Origin: Lama guanicoe
Lineage: Eukaryota
Assembly: GCA_013239625.1 (NCBI GenBank)
Contig: MU054391.1
Coordinates: forward strand, 374,001 to 438,000
Direction of reading: 5' to 3'
DNA: 64,000 nucleotides
Part shown: piece by piece, positions 47,401 to 61,184 of the stretch
Layout of the letters: every line of letters begins with the position of its first letter
Position numbering within the stretch: position 1 is the stretch's first letter
The notes under the pieces: model-generated
Told to the model about the DNA's origin: nothing
Databases searched by the model: none
What the model saw: only the letters and a program-made list of their open reading frames with translations
Position numbers and translations under genes: made by a program

Positions 47401-50400
47401 GACTCGGGTGGTCATGGCCGGGCCCAGTCCAGGACTGGACGCTTCACCTGGACCAGGAGCCAGGAGTCCCCTGTCTTCACGGCCTCACCTGCTGACTGTG
47501 TGGTTTGGGTTCTGAAGTCACTCTGAAGCTGATTCCAACACCCTCAGAAACTTGCTAATTAGAATCTGCATGTGTTTTGGGGGATAAACCAAGGCAGAGT
47601 AAAAAAAATGCTTTTGGAGGAAAAATGAATGAGAATTTCGTGGAAAAAATGTATTTGCATTTAAACTGGCATGTGCCCTTCCTTACTGTCCAGATGCTTA
47701 GTGCCTATTTTCATCCAGATTGTCATTTTGGAGAGAGTTGGGGTTGTTTTCAGCCAACACTAGATGTCACTTTCCCCAGGCCACACCGAAGTTCCTCTGA
47801 GGCACAGGAGGCCGGCTGGTCCCTGGCGTTCCTGTCTCAGCAGGACCCTCCCTGCTTTTGTGACCAGCCTCTCCCGCACGCTCAGTGGGGTTAAGAAGTG
47901 CAGTGAACATTATGATGTGATTTTCAATAAAATTGTTGGTGAAACAGCTTGTTTTCTGCCGAGGCTGTAGTGTGACGCCCTGTCAATGTTCTCAATGAGC
48001 TGTATTTTAATTAAGCAAAGAAGTAAGAGTTTAGAAAAGTGAACGTGCCTCTTAACTTGTCTAGAGACCACTCTGAGAGGCCACGGATGGAAACGGTTGG
48101 AAATGGTCAGCTACGTGTTGACACATGGTGGACTCGCCTTGGAGCCCCTGCCCCCCCAGCAGTGCCGTCAGCGTCCTCCCCGGCTGTGTGCGGGCACCAG
48201 CCCGGCTCTGGCCTCGTACTTCCAGTCGTACTTCCTGTGAGGGAGTGAATCTGGCTCGAAACTGTTGACATTTTGACATCCACTCTATCTAGTTTTGGTT
48301 GGCACCGAAGTTCATTTGCAATCTGGACACGTATCGCTGCCTTGAGGCCCTAAGTTGTGCTGGAAGCACGATCATATAAATGTGGAGGGCCAGCACCGTA
48401 AGTGCCGCAGTGCTGGTGAGCGCTCCTCTGCTTTGGTTTTCATGCTGTTTTTAGTTAGACCCCAGCCTCGGAAGACAGACCCCCTCCTGCCCAGTGAGGG
48501 GTGACTGCATTGAAGCATTGACTAAAGAGAGCCTCTGTAACTGCTTATGCTGTAATCAGAGTGGTTTACGTGACAGATCATAGTCAGAATCACGCTCCAT
48601 TTCTAGATGAATGTGACTGCTCTGGCAGGCAGGTATTTCATTGTCTGTTCCATGAGTTACCACAGGTAAAAACATGGCCACGTGGATGCACCCACGTTCC
48701 ACGTGAGAACGTTTTTGCCCACGGAGCTAGCATGCAGTAGAATCATCTGTGTTTCTAAAGTCTGGCATAGCTGCCAGTTACTACTGTCAGAAATTACAAC
48801 ACTTTCCATGGAAATAAGTGTCACGTTTGGCAATGTTTGCGCACACTTTGGATGGCAACCCTCCAGAAACTAAGTCCCGTGGCCCCGGCGTGCTTTTTAA
48901 AGAGGAGACCAGCTTCTCTTTCCAAATCAGAGGGGTTGGAAGAGGCGGCTGAGCCTGTCTCCCCGACCCTTTCCTCTGTGTGGTGGCCCTGGTGCTGTCC
49001 CTTGCTGGTCACTGTCCCCAGCTGACCTCCATCTTCGCTTCTGTACCCGAGACCCTTGGGCGGCTGTGTCCCCAGGCCCAGACCTGCTGCCTCTGGCTTC
49101 ACTGCTCAGCAATTTGGGGCTGCTGGCCGCTCCCCCCACCCCTGGCTGTGCCTTTCAGAGTGGGAGGGTGCAGCCCTTCTGCTGGAGGGTCTCTTCCCGC
49201 GTTCTGTTTCCAGGTAACCTCTCCCTCCTCTGGTCAAATCACCCTCCTATATCGCTGACCCCCAGTGCCGTGCCTGCGTGTGAGGCCTGCTTGGCTGTTG
49301 GGTTAATGTTTCCAAAACTGACTCTTAGCCTTAGCCTGAAACCTGGTCCTCTCTGTGTTTATGTGCCAGAGAAGGACAGCGACACCCTCCAGCTGGTGTC
49401 ATGACCCGAATCATGACTTTTTTGAACTTCGGATGCGCTGGTGTCCCTGTGGCTGCCCTGGGGCCTTTGCTTCTGCTGTTCTTTCCCTGGACGTTGGGCC
49501 CCACTCTGGGCCCACCCACCGGCACTGTCCCCCTGCTAATTCCTTGTCACTGTGCAGCCCAGCCTCTCTGATGGCTGCACAGCCCTGCTCTCACCCCTTT
49601 GCTGGGTGCTCCGTGCCCCTGTGTTTTATGGGCTTCGTGCCCTCCCTCAGGTGTAAACATGAATAATCTGATCAGTGCTTGTCTTTCAAAAGGGCGTGAT
49701 TGCAGCTGTGCCAGTGATGCTGCGTATGAGTGACTGGGAGAGTCCCCTTGCTTCCAGAAGGAGACCCGAGGCTGGGTGAGTCAGCTATTCAGCAGGTGCA
49801 TAATGCTGATGCACACAGGCTAGCTGAGTGAATAAATGTTACCTGAAGTAAATGTATGTGGTGCTCTGAGTGAGAAGGAGAAGGTTCGTTAATGGCTCTT
49901 GTACTGAGGATTTATTTTGTATTTATGATGAGCTGTTTTGGATTTGAGAAATTTGTGCCTTTATACTTTTATTGTAGCTGAGTTTAATATCAATTTTACA
50001 AATCAGCATAACCATTAATGGTAAAATATACTTTGTTCTGTTCTCACGTCTATCCTGGTGAATAGTGTCCTTAATGATTTTCTTCAGGTAACTTTACTTT
50101 GCCAGATGGCCCTAGCACTTTGATTCTTCACATGGTAATTATCCTCAGTTTTCAGCCGGTCCTGGGAAGCATGGAGTCCCTTCTCATCCCTAAACCTGGG
50201 GTGACCACGCTGAGGCGGGTCAGTGCCTCTGGGGGTGTGTGGCCCGCCGGGCAGCGCCGGCTACTGTCGTCCCGATGGAAGGTCCAGTCTGGTTTGTGTG
50301 ACGAGGAGACAGACACCAGCGTCTGTGACTGTCTCCTGCGGGGTAGGGGACAGGGAGGGGCTGGCCAGGCTGGCCTGTGTCTCAGCCTCCAGGCCCTTCC

Positions 50401-50779
50401 CGAAGGGTGGGGACTTCATGAAGGTGAAGTCCGACATCATTGGGAAGAGTGCTTTGTGGTTGTAAACGTGCACACGGTTCATACGTACGTGCACGTCCGT
50501 GATGATGTCTGCAGAGTGGTGTTTGAACACCTGCCAGGTACCGTGTGCCGTGCTGGGGACCCGGGTGACAGTACGGGGCGGAACGGGGTCCAGACAGGAG
50601 GTGGCAGGCGGGAGGGTGGGGGGGACGTGCTGCCCGTGTGGTCACTGCCCCGGCTGCTGGATGTGACCGCCGTGTGGTCGCAGAAAAGAGTGAACACACA
50701 CACTGCGACTGCAGGTGGCTACGGGCGTCTAAGGGGAGGAGAGAGACGCTGCTGGGAGAATCACGGACGTGTTAAGCCA

Positions 50780-51800
50780 ATAGGTTGTTACAGCTTCACG
50801 AGGGGCACTGAGCCTGGGCGACCACCGGGGTCAGTGGTCCGGGGGAGGCCGGGCGAGAGCGGGGTTGAGTCAGCGGGGAGGTGGGCACCGCGGACTCAGG
50901 GCGGGGGTGAGGGGGCCGCCGGCGGGGGTCCTGACGGAAGGACGGGTTTGACTGGCCTGGGCACGCGTGCCAGGCGCGGGTAGAGCCACGTCTGCACACG
51001 CGCAGACACACGTGCAATGCGCGTTCACACACACACCCCCACACACATACCACACACTCCGTGCACGCGCAACACGCACGCGTGCCGGGTCTGAAGGCTC
51101 CTGCGGGTGCAGTCCGCCCCCGGCGTGTCTGCTGCACCTGCGCGCCCAAGCGCAGAGCGGCCCCGGCCGCGGTGGGTCAGAGGAGGGCTCTCCACCCCCG
51201 GGAGCGGGCAGGGCTGCGGGGTGGGAGGGCCTCCGGCGCCCAGGTCACCCTCACGAGGGAGGGCAGACACCTTCTGGAGCCGGGGTGTTTTATGGACTAA
51301 ACAAGCCGCACGTTCCGAGGTGGGCGCGGAGGGTGGGGCTCCGGCGGTCACACAGGAGCCCGCCGCGGCGCGGACGTGGCGATCTGTGTGTTCTGAGGCT
51401 CCGTCGGGACCGGGATGGCTCCGCGGGCGTCGCGGCAAGAGAAAGTCTGAGGCACTTTACGTTCAGACCAGAGCTTCTCTCCACACCCGTGACCTCCGCT
51501 CTCAGGCAGGGCGGGGTCCACGCTCCTCACCGCCGGCGCCTTCCTTCCGGGCCCGGCCGGCAGGTTTCCTGCACACCACCGCCGGCTGCGCTGGGTTGGG
51601 GCCCCCTTCCCTTCCCGCGGCCTCCGCTGGCGCCCCCCTCCTGGTGTCCCGTGTCCTCGAGTCCCGGTGGGGGGCTCCGGGCCGGCGCCGCGGGGGCCTG
51701 GGGCCCAGAGGCTGCCGTGTGCGCCCGAGTGGCCGCGGACGGGCAGCTGGGCTCCGCTGTGGGTCAGCCGTCCCGCCGGGGGAGAGTGGGGCAGGTGCTC
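50780..51800. promoter_or_regulatory. Intronic CpG island containing a short CA array (50990-51080)
   Basis: About 1 kb of dense CpG with an abrupt switch to AT-rich sequence after ~51850. Confidence 0.65.
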
Positions 51801-54149
51801 GTCTCTCTAGAGTGACGATCATCAGTTAGTTCCTGAAGACTGAGCTTCTCCCTCAGAACTGTATTTCTAAGTTATCTTTATTTCGATCGTGAAAATTTAA
51901 AATTCAAACATAAACATTTTCAATTTTCAGTTTCAAATTATAAAATAGATGGTTTAATAAATTTGGAAAAAATAGAATTTTCAGGAACATTTCCTTTATT
52001 ACTCTGTATTAACAGCTACTAGTAAATAAAGTAATTTTTGTTTGACTTTTACTCTGTATTTCTTCGCGGTGGTAACTGGTAAATACAGGATGCAAGATCT
52101 GCATGTAAAACATGGCATGTTTTAAGCAGTGACTTTGTATGGAAGCTGATGCAGACGAACTTCCTGTAACTGCATTAGAGAAAAACTCCGAAGACCCTCT
52201 CACCTAAGTTGGTGCTTAGGATTTACAATGCAGTGGGAATCGGGATTTACAACCGAAACCTCTTGTCATCAAAATCAGTGGCGTTTTGAAAGAAACTGGT
52301 TCGCTTAAAGTCTGGAGAGATATAAAAAAATTGAGCTTACATACATTATTTTATTTTAATTTTCAAGATGTCATATAAATGAAACATATGTATTTTTATA
52401 TTTTGATGTTGATATAGTTATAATGTCAAACATTCTTAATTGACACTTAGACTTTTGGAATATATTTACCTAAAATCATTGTGTCTCTTTAAGATTTAAG
52501 AAATTAGAATCCAATTCTGAAACTGCTAATAAAAGGTAACAGAAGATGAATGAAGACACGCTCACTCACATACATATAAACTGCCCTTTCTCTGTATGTG
52601 AAGTAGATTTGTTCTAAGCACGTGAATGAAACTGGCAAAAGTAACTAATAATACACGTGGGAAGTCCGATCTTGGATAAGATTTAGTTATGTTTTAAAAA
52701 ATTAATTTCTAAATTGGTTGACATTATAGTTTACTATTAATTTGATGTGCACACATATAACATGGTTTATTAAACTAAGTAACAGGAGAGGGAAAAACCG
52801 GTAGCGAAGAAGGAGAGGAGGCAGAACTGAAGAGCTCCCCTCTCAGGACTACATGCAGAGCTGGGCCGCACCTCACAGTCACGTGCCCGGGTTTGCAGGC
52901 TTTCCTCCCTAGGTGGGCAGGCCCAGCCCAGAGCTCTGGAATGCTCGGTGCTTTGTGCATTGAAATTATTTCATTCTGCCTTTCTCACATTTCACTATGA
53001 CCTTTGGGTCCCTCTCATTTTTACTGGGGTGGAATCAAAATGCTTTCAGATTTGTCCTTTCCATTCTCACAGGTGGGAGGGAGGAGGGGAGGTTTGGGGG
53101 GAAATAAGGATGGGTCCTGGGAGGGCAAGAGGCAGAGAAGGGGTGGCCAGGGCTGCGGGGTCAGCACTGTGTGCTGTGAAAGTCTCGTGGGTTGCAGGGA
53201 GCTGGAAGAGGACCTAGGTGACACGTGAGGATGCTGGAGCTGGAGCAGGGCGCGAGCGCCTGGACGTGGCCGCGGGAGCCCCTCTCCAGCCCCTCCTTGG
53301 TGGGATTCTGGCCCTTTCTGTTACCTCCTCTGGTCTAAATACGCTTCTTTGACGTTTTGGCCTTTGCGTGACAGTGACATCTTATTACTGTCTCAGCGTG
53401 GAAGGGTGTGGAGCGTCGCACAGCCTGAGAGATGAGAGTCTGTGACCTGGTGGCGGCGTGGCATTTCACCGCTTCCTCCTGGCTTCTTTTTCAGTACGTA
53501 TCCTATTAGCAAAAGCCATCCTTTAGATACAGATTTTATTCTGCATTCTAAAACTTCTCTTTACAAAATGACAGTTTTCACACTTTTAAAGACATTCATC
53601 AGTTATTGGTTCCAAAGGTAGAATCTTAGATTGTTGATTTGAGAGAGTCTTGCTTTCTCTTGGAAGCTTTTAACACTACACGCTTCCAAGGAACCACTGT
53701 TTTAAGTGTTTCCCACATTTGTGTTTCTGTGTTTTGCAAGAGAGTCCGCTGTTCCCAGAGAGGTCTGCTGGCGCCTGGGGCTGGGCCCTGACAGCGTCCC
53801 CGCCCTCCTTTGGCTGACAAGGCCGCCGCTGTTGCTGCGCTCCTCTGCAGACACCGTGGAGTCTGGGGTGTGCCGGCAGAGGGCGCCTGCGCGCCCTGCT
53901 CTAGCTGCCCCGGATGCCGGAAGGTCTCCTGAGGGCTGCGTGTCTTTGCTGGGAGCGAGCACGCGGAGAGCCCCTTGGAGGGTGAGCGGGGGGCTCCCCA
54001 GACAGCGCCTGTCCCCGTGGGACCGGCTGGGCACCCTTCCTGCCTGTGGGGAGGCACTTCGCCCTGAGCCTGATGGCAGTGCTGCTGCTGGAGGCGCTCC
54101 CGACGACAGGTCCTGGGGACGCTCAGCACACGTGTCTGCAGCCCAAAGA

Positions 54150-55540
54150 GCCTCTAATTTGCCTTTTGATTCTTTCAGTGGCTCATGGTTTATAAAGAAG
54201 TACAGGGTTTACTCTTCAAATGTTTGAGAATTTCTAGGTACTTATTTTTACTTTGATTCTCCTGTGAGTGGGGCTCTACCTCTGTCCCCTCTTTATATTT
54301 ATAGAGACTCGTGTTATGGTCCAGTAGTGAGCGCTCCGTGTGCGCTTGAGGAAAGGCGCATTCTGCTGCTGCTTGCTGAGGGCTCTGCGAAGGCCCGGCA
54401 GGTGCAGTGGCCTGACGTGCTGGTCGCAGCTGCTGCTTTTTCTGTCTGCTTGTTGTCATTCATCCCTGGAAATCTTTCTCATTCTGAAGTCTACTTTTTT
54501 GATATTAATAAATAAACTCCAGCTTTCAGTATTATTTGTCTGATGTACATTTTCCAACTTTTTCATTATGTTAAATGAAAATTATATAATGAAGTCCACT
54601 TGTCATACTTAAAGTGGGCCCCCTGCAGAGATGTAAGTGGAATCTGGTATTATTCTTGTTCAGTCTGGTACTCTCTGCTTTTTGGGGGGTGTTTAGGCAT
54701 TTTACATAATTGTTCATGTGATTTGGTTTACATTTATCATCTTGCCAACCTTCCGTTCATCCCATCTATACTCTGTTCTTTGCCCACATTTTCTTGCCTT
54801 CTTTCTGAGTGTCTCATGCTTTCATTTTACCCCGTCCCTGAGCTACTAAGTATTATGCCACTTTCTCATCCTGTGCTGTTTGCGCAGGTTGACAATGCGT
54901 GTCTCACCCGTCAGCGTCCGCCTCACGTGGGGCTGTGCCCTCAGGAGCAGGGCAGGGGCCGCGCGAGTTCCCACGCACTTCTCACCTCCCTCCTGCTGCA
55001 GTTCCTGTGAATTTTGCTTCTGTATTTTTGGGAACCACACAATTTATTATTTCTATATTTGATTACATGATCCGTAGTTTTTATAGCAAGTAAAAAAAAC
55101 ACAGACCCTCCTCTTCCTCCCTTTCGTCAGTCCTCATCCCTCTGTGTAAGTTCAGATTTCTCTCCGGGCCACTGTCCGCCTGCCCGAGGCACATCCTTTA
55201 CCAGTTCTTGCAGGGCTGGGCGGTTGCCATTAAATCCTCTTCAGCTTTTGTTTTGCCTGAGAACGTCTTTATATTATTTTGCCTGCGTATTTGAAAGGTA
55301 TTTTTGCTGAGCATAGAATGCTGGGTTGAAAGTTTTCACTTAGATTTTTGTTTTCTTCTCAGTAATTTAAAAGCATCTTCTGATTTGCTTAAAATCTGCT
55401 TACTTTTGTTCATGTGTACGTAAGCTTTTTTCCTTCAGATGCCTTCTGGGATTTCTCTTTGTCTTTGGTTTCAGGAGTCTCCAGCGTGAGGCTTGGCAGT
55501 TATTTTTGGTGGGAGGAGAAATCTATCCTTCCTGGGATTC
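54150..55540 (-). mobile_element. Old LINE-1 (L1M/L1ME-like) remnant
   Basis: T-rich; cagcttttgttttgcctgagaacgtctttat..tttgaaaggtatttttgctgagcatagaatgctgggttga is a typical antisense L1 motif. Confidence 0.7.
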
Positions 55541-57719
55541 TCCAGGCCTTTTCTGTCATTTTCCACCCATCAGACGTTAAGAGGCACGTCTGTCATCTGA
55601 CACTTCTACCCTGCTTGTGACTGAGCAAAGCTTCCTGCCGTCAGTGGCGCTCACATGACCTAGAAGTCATTGGAAAAAGAGTTTTCAATTTTGACGCTTT
55701 GACCCCTGTGGGTGTTTGTAAGGTGGTGTGTTCATGGGGCACACGGAGAGCTGGCCACTCCGTGCTGGGCGTGAGGGTTCGCTTGAGTGACCTCAGTCAC
55801 CTAGAAGCCACTGAGATGTAGTTCAAACTGGCACCCCGGCCCTGGTGATCGGCGGTCACTGGCCCCCTGTGGGCGGGGCAAGGCAGGGAAGGGCCTGGTC
55901 TGCAGTGTGAGCTGATTCCCGTGGTGTAGATGCTGCCAGTGGTGTAGACTTCAGGCTGCCAGCGGTTTCATTGCCGGTTGGTGACGTTCCCGAGTGTTAG
56001 GCTGGCTGCTCTGCTGGGACGGTGGTGAGTTCAGTAGGGTAACTGATTAAAGAAGGTGCAGACTCAGCACAGACGCTGCAACCACTCAGGAGGCGGAGTA
56101 GGGAGGGTCTCCCGGGGCCTGAGGATGGGGGCGCCTCCTCCCCAGCCTGTCCCACCGACCCCCGGCCCCACCGGCCTCCCGCGTCCCCGCGTCCTCGCGC
56201 ATGTGGATGGAACAGGACGTCTCTGCTGTCAGCCGAGTCTGGGGGGCTGAGCGGTGCCGGGGCACACCCACTGGGCTCGTGCTCAGGAACATCTTCCCCA
56301 AACGTGGCTTTAGGAAAACTGCACGGTGGCCTGTGATCTTTTTCTGCCCTCCCTTTAAAGGGCACTTCCCTTTCTCAAACCGCAGGAGCAGGAACGAGTC
56401 AGTCCCTCTGCTGTGCAGACGTGTGGGCTCCTCTCAGCAGCTGCTGGCCACTCACAGGCCTTCTAACCCTCAGCGTCGTATTCTGCCTTCCTAACTCGCT
56501 GAGTGCCCAGAGTGCTGCCGCCTCTTCCCCAGGCCGTCAGGGAGATGCACAGAGGAGGCAGGCGTCTGGTTTCACTTACACTCGGTTAAGTAAGTTTACG
56601 GAAGTGTCATACCAGTTTCTGTTAAGAATTGAGTAGATTTGTCATCGTTCAGAATTTCTAGTGGAAGAAATCCTTCGGGAGCTGGGTCGATTGATAACGT
56701 GCAGCTCTGGTCGCAGCAGGGGTGACCTCCGTGGACTCGCATGTTTGAATTACAACCTGTCTCCAACCCACAATGATCCGATCAAGCTCCTCTCTACTTG
56801 TGGTTACGTCTTATTCACACTCCCCATCTAGCCGAGGGTTGTGTGTTTAACGCGAGACCAAGTTTTCAGCTACAGCTCTGTCCCGGGGCCTCTTTGCAGG
56901 CGCACAGGTGAGAATGGGTGAGTTCGCAGTAAACGCCTGACGGCGAGTCACCCGGGGAAGGCCTTCCGTCTGTGAGACCTGGGCGAGAGGTGTCACCTCG
57001 AGGGAACATGGTGCTCTGGGGCCGTGACGGCTCCGCCCAAACAGAGAAGGCAGCAAGTTCTGGAGGGGAAGGCCTGCACTTCCAGCCTGTTCGTATTTCA
57101 GTTTGAGGTAACCTGCAGCTTGGTTCTTCGCCTGCTTTACCAGGATGTTTATCGGAAGCTCGGGCCCCTGAGCTCACGGATGCAAGTGTAATACATGGAT
57201 CGACCTGGTGTTTTTAACACATAAAAATAAATGAAGGCAGGTAATGACACCTGATTTTAGTGTTTGACGTCACAAAGAAAACAGTGTTAGTTTTTCGTGA
57301 AAGGTGTTCACGGACGAGGTGCTGAAGCCGGTGGGTCACGCACCGGATCCGCGTCCCTCCCCTGCCCCCGCAGCTGCACTGAGGACCATGCAGTTGTAGA
57401 AAGCAGGCTGCTTTCTCCTTACTTTACCTGCGGCTTCCAAGGTGAGAGCTGGTGGCTTCCGGGCTGCAGTTCCAAGCACCTCTGTGCTGCTTCTCAGACG
57501 CTGCTTCACTGCCCCGCCTCCTGCAGCCTGGCTTTTACGACCACGGTGTCTGCATCCACCCGGGCAGTGTGCCCCGGCCTGGGCAAGTTACTGGACAAAG
57601 CCACTGCTCTGCTGGAGTCCCTGCAGCACCGCGGGACAGGCTGGCCCAGGACAGACACTCGCCATTGCTGTCTGGTTTCTTGTCCTGCCCACTTTTCCTA
57701 CCTGCCAGGGCCACGGGCA

Positions 57720-58045
57720 TGCATGCGCACACACCTGTGTGTGCAAGGCATGGACATGCACACACGCGCACGCACACACACACACACGTACACCTGCACA
57801 CGGGCACACATGCACGCACACGTGTACAAATGTGCACATGTCTGCATGTACATAATCACACCTGTGTGCCTACATGCACACACACCTGCATGCAGACAGG
57901 CACACACATGTACACACGTGCACATAGGCACACCTGCATGCACACACATTTCTGCACGCACAGGACATGCAGGTACAGGTCACACACAGGCACATAGATG
58001 CACATGGGTACACGCACACACACACGTGTGCGCACACACACACAT
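57720..58045. repeat. Degenerate (CA)n array
   Basis: cacaca/catgca/cacgtg units; source of the overlapping His- and Cys-rich ORFs. Confidence 0.9.
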
Positions 58046-58299
58046 CCCCAGGCTTGTCCTGGGGCTCCTCATCTCCTGGGTGAACAGCCGTCTTTGCCTG
58101 AATTCCAGGCTCTCCAGCATTGAGCAGGGCTCCCCCGTGTGGGCGGGGCAGCTCCGAGGCTCCACTTAGTGCCCCAGTCGCCTCCTGTCCTTGAGTTTTA
58201 TTTTTTAAATTCTCATAAAAGTTACAGTCTACCTCATTATAGATGTTCGTTTTAATATAGAATAAGGCTTAGCGTTACTTACCAGTTGCCCCTGAGCAT

Positions 58300-58640
58300 T
58301 GAGGCTGGGACCAGCGGGCCCACCGGCCCGGGGCAGGGACGGGGTCTGCAGGGGCGCTGGTGCGGCCCGCCGTCCGCACTCCCCCGAGTCCGAGGACGGG
58401 AGCCCCGCGCGGGGGTGCCGGTGAGTTACGCCCAGAGCTTCGGCCGCGCGGACGGTGGGTGCCCGACCCGGCGTGGCCCAAGGGTCACCTGTCGTTTCCT
58501 CACTTTTCTCCGAGAAGAACCGGCGTCTCAGAGCTGTGCCCCTCGTGGGGTGGTGCCTGACGGGGCGGCCCCACTCGCACGCTGGTGTCCGCTCACCCAG
58601 GTCGCCTCCGGCCCTGGGCCCTTGGCAGGGGGGACGTGAG
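58300..58640. promoter_or_regulatory. Small CpG-rich segment
   Basis: Locally dense CpG; function not shown. Confidence 0.35.
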
Positions 58641-60960
58641 GCATAGTGAAGTACGAAGCGCCATTCCAGTCGGAAGCCTCTTCCAGTTGGGACGCTCCTC
58701 CCCTAAACACGGTCTATAGGAAAAGCAGCAGTTCAAGCGTTTCGGTTTGATTCTCACATTTCGTGGGGTGGGGGGCGCTTCCTCCATGCAGGCGCCTGGC
58801 TTGTTCTGAGCAGGCTGCAGCTTTGCTGTTCTCTTGGTGCCCCCTGTGCTGCCCCTGCTCAGCCCCGGGGACTGTGATTTGGTCACTCGGCCTGGATGCG
58901 GCACTGGCAACTGGTCCCCCAGGACAGAGCTGGGAGGATTCCACACCCGAGGCTTTCTCCCCAGAGACTCGAGCAGAACGCAGGGGAGCTGACCGCTTCC
59001 TCCGACGAGCCGGCCACGCTGTGGGGAGCATCACGAGGGGGGGGGGAGGATGTGCTCAGATTCTCACTTGGTTTGCTGAGCCCAGGAAGGTGACGCTGAG
59101 ATCACTGTGACCCATGACGTGCCCAGTGCAGGAGCCCCAAGGGCGGAGGACTGAGAAGAACCTGGGGGTCGCCAAGGAGCCTGAGGCCCTGCTGCTTCTG
59201 CCGGTTCCGTCCCGATGTAGAGACACTGGCCGACACAGGACGTGGTCCCCCGCGTCTCTGGCTATTCCAGGCTCCTCGCTCTGTGCTTGCACCTGCAGGG
59301 CATGCCACCCTGGGCATCCCATTGTGGGCGTCCCGCCACACCAGGCAGTTAGGAGGGCAGACCCTGGTCCAGGGATGAAGGATGGTCCTGAGCAAGGGAG
59401 GGAGAGGACAGTGGCTCACGTGGTCACAGGTGAGGTCATAGTAACAGAACATCCCAAACTACGGTGTCGCTTGACAGGAGACAAAGCACCCAGTTTCCAG
59501 TTCCTGAGCCCAGATCTGGAGCCTGCAAGTCCAGTGCTCATTTTATTCTAGAAGGAAGGGGGTGGTACTGTCACAACTGAAAGAGGGTTGACGTGGGCCT
59601 GTTTGCTCCTTTTATGGAGTCGTCTTCAGTAACAGAAAAGAGAGGCTAGTAGCCACTCAGTTTGCTGGGAGAGACTTTCTGGCCACGAGCGCCTTACGTG
59701 TTGTTTCTGTTCCCAGGAAATTTTTGTTCGTTTATTTCCCTGAGAGTGGTCACTTCCGTTTGTAGAGATACAAAATCCAGTCATCAAGTGTTGTCAGAGG
59801 ACCAAGTGTATATAAATCACATTCATTCTTAGACACAATCTGGTTTTTAAAGAGAAAAAGAAATCTTCCCTGAAGAAAACTCCAGCCCCTGTAGAGTAAC
59901 TGCCTCCTCCTCAGTTAACACACGTCAGATTCCAGGAAGGGAGGTCTGCCGGCACGCACGTGCCTGCTTCCATCAGATGGAAAGAGGAAAGACTCGCTGC
60001 TTTTCTTTTCTTTTTTTTCTTTCGGCAAACGGAGAAGGTGGTGGGAAGGCATTCCACGTGGAGCAACTTCCGTAATTGAGGTACTTCCTTCCTCCAAATA
60101 GAACGATTTGTGTTGGCTGATGGATGTGGCTTGTCTTCCCCTCAGTTGGCCTTTCCTCAGAAACGGGAAAGCCAGACTCCCAAGTGGAATTTGGGGGCAG
60201 TGCTGGTAACGCCACACCCACCTGCCCGCGGCGCTGGTCCCGCAGGGAGCCCCCAGAGGGCTCGCTCCACCACGCAAAGCCACTTTGCTATGTACCCCAG
60301 CGCACATCCACAGGATGACCTTATGAGAGAAGCCGACCGCCGGTGAACGGGTCCCTCAGAACGTCAGGCGGAGATAGCGTCTGCGGTGATGTCTTGGCAA
60401 CGCTGATTCCCACGCGTCCATGGGGACCCCTGCCCTGTGCAGGACCCGACACCCCCTACCACGTCCCGAGGGAGCCTTTTCTGAATTGGCGTGAATGTTG
60501 CTGCTTCGTCGTGAACCTCAAAACTGCTCACCTTGATTTTCTCACAAGCATTATGAACACTGAGGCGGGCAAGGGCTCTCACAGCGTTGCAGGTGGAGGA
60601 CAGAGCAGAGGAAAAGACCCAGCCTGCTGGCTCTTTTTTTGAGAAGCGAAGCTGAGAAAAGATCAGAGAAGGGGTGCTTCTTGTTTGTTTCCATCATTTC
60701 CAGGGTGTGTGGTGTTGTATTACGTACGCATAAGTTAGAGATACGAAAGTTAATATGGCTGTATTTTCCTGGAGATAACTGTAAACATGTGTAACCTTCT
60801 GAGAGAGACAGAGATTGAGCCAAGAGAATTTCATATTTGCCAAATGTTCACTTTCCTTTCACACCCTGGCTGGAGGATGGGGGACAGGGCGAGGACACGG
60901 CCGTGGGCAGAATGGTGTCCCCAGGCCACCCTCCTGGTCCTGAGCATAGCCAGGGACCGC

Positions 60961-61184
60961 CTGGGGTCTGACATCAGGGATCTCCTGGGATCTGACACCA
61001 GGGGATCTCCTGGGATCTGACACCAGGGGATCCCCTGGGATCTGTCATCAGGAGATCTCCTGGGATCTGACACCAGGGGATCTCCTGGGATCTGAGTTCA
61101 GGGGGTCTCCTGGGATCTGAGTTCAGGGGATCTCCTGGGATCTGACACCATGGGATCTCCTGGGATCTGACACCAGGGGATCTC
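60961..61184. repeat. 25-bp minisatellite, 9 copies
   Basis: Unit ctgggatctgacaccaggggatctc starting at 60961 (24 bp), 60985, 61010, 61035, 61060, 61085, 61110, 61135 and 61160. Confidence 0.95.

Noticed and set aside
50099..51829. Long ORFs of 240-294 aa
   Set aside because: Several overlapping frames are open on both strands because of GC richness; no recognisable domain.
60961..61184. CRISPR-like array of palindromic repeats
   Set aside because: Head-to-tail 25-bp units with no unique spacers, no cas genes, and a mammalian context; it is a minisatellite.
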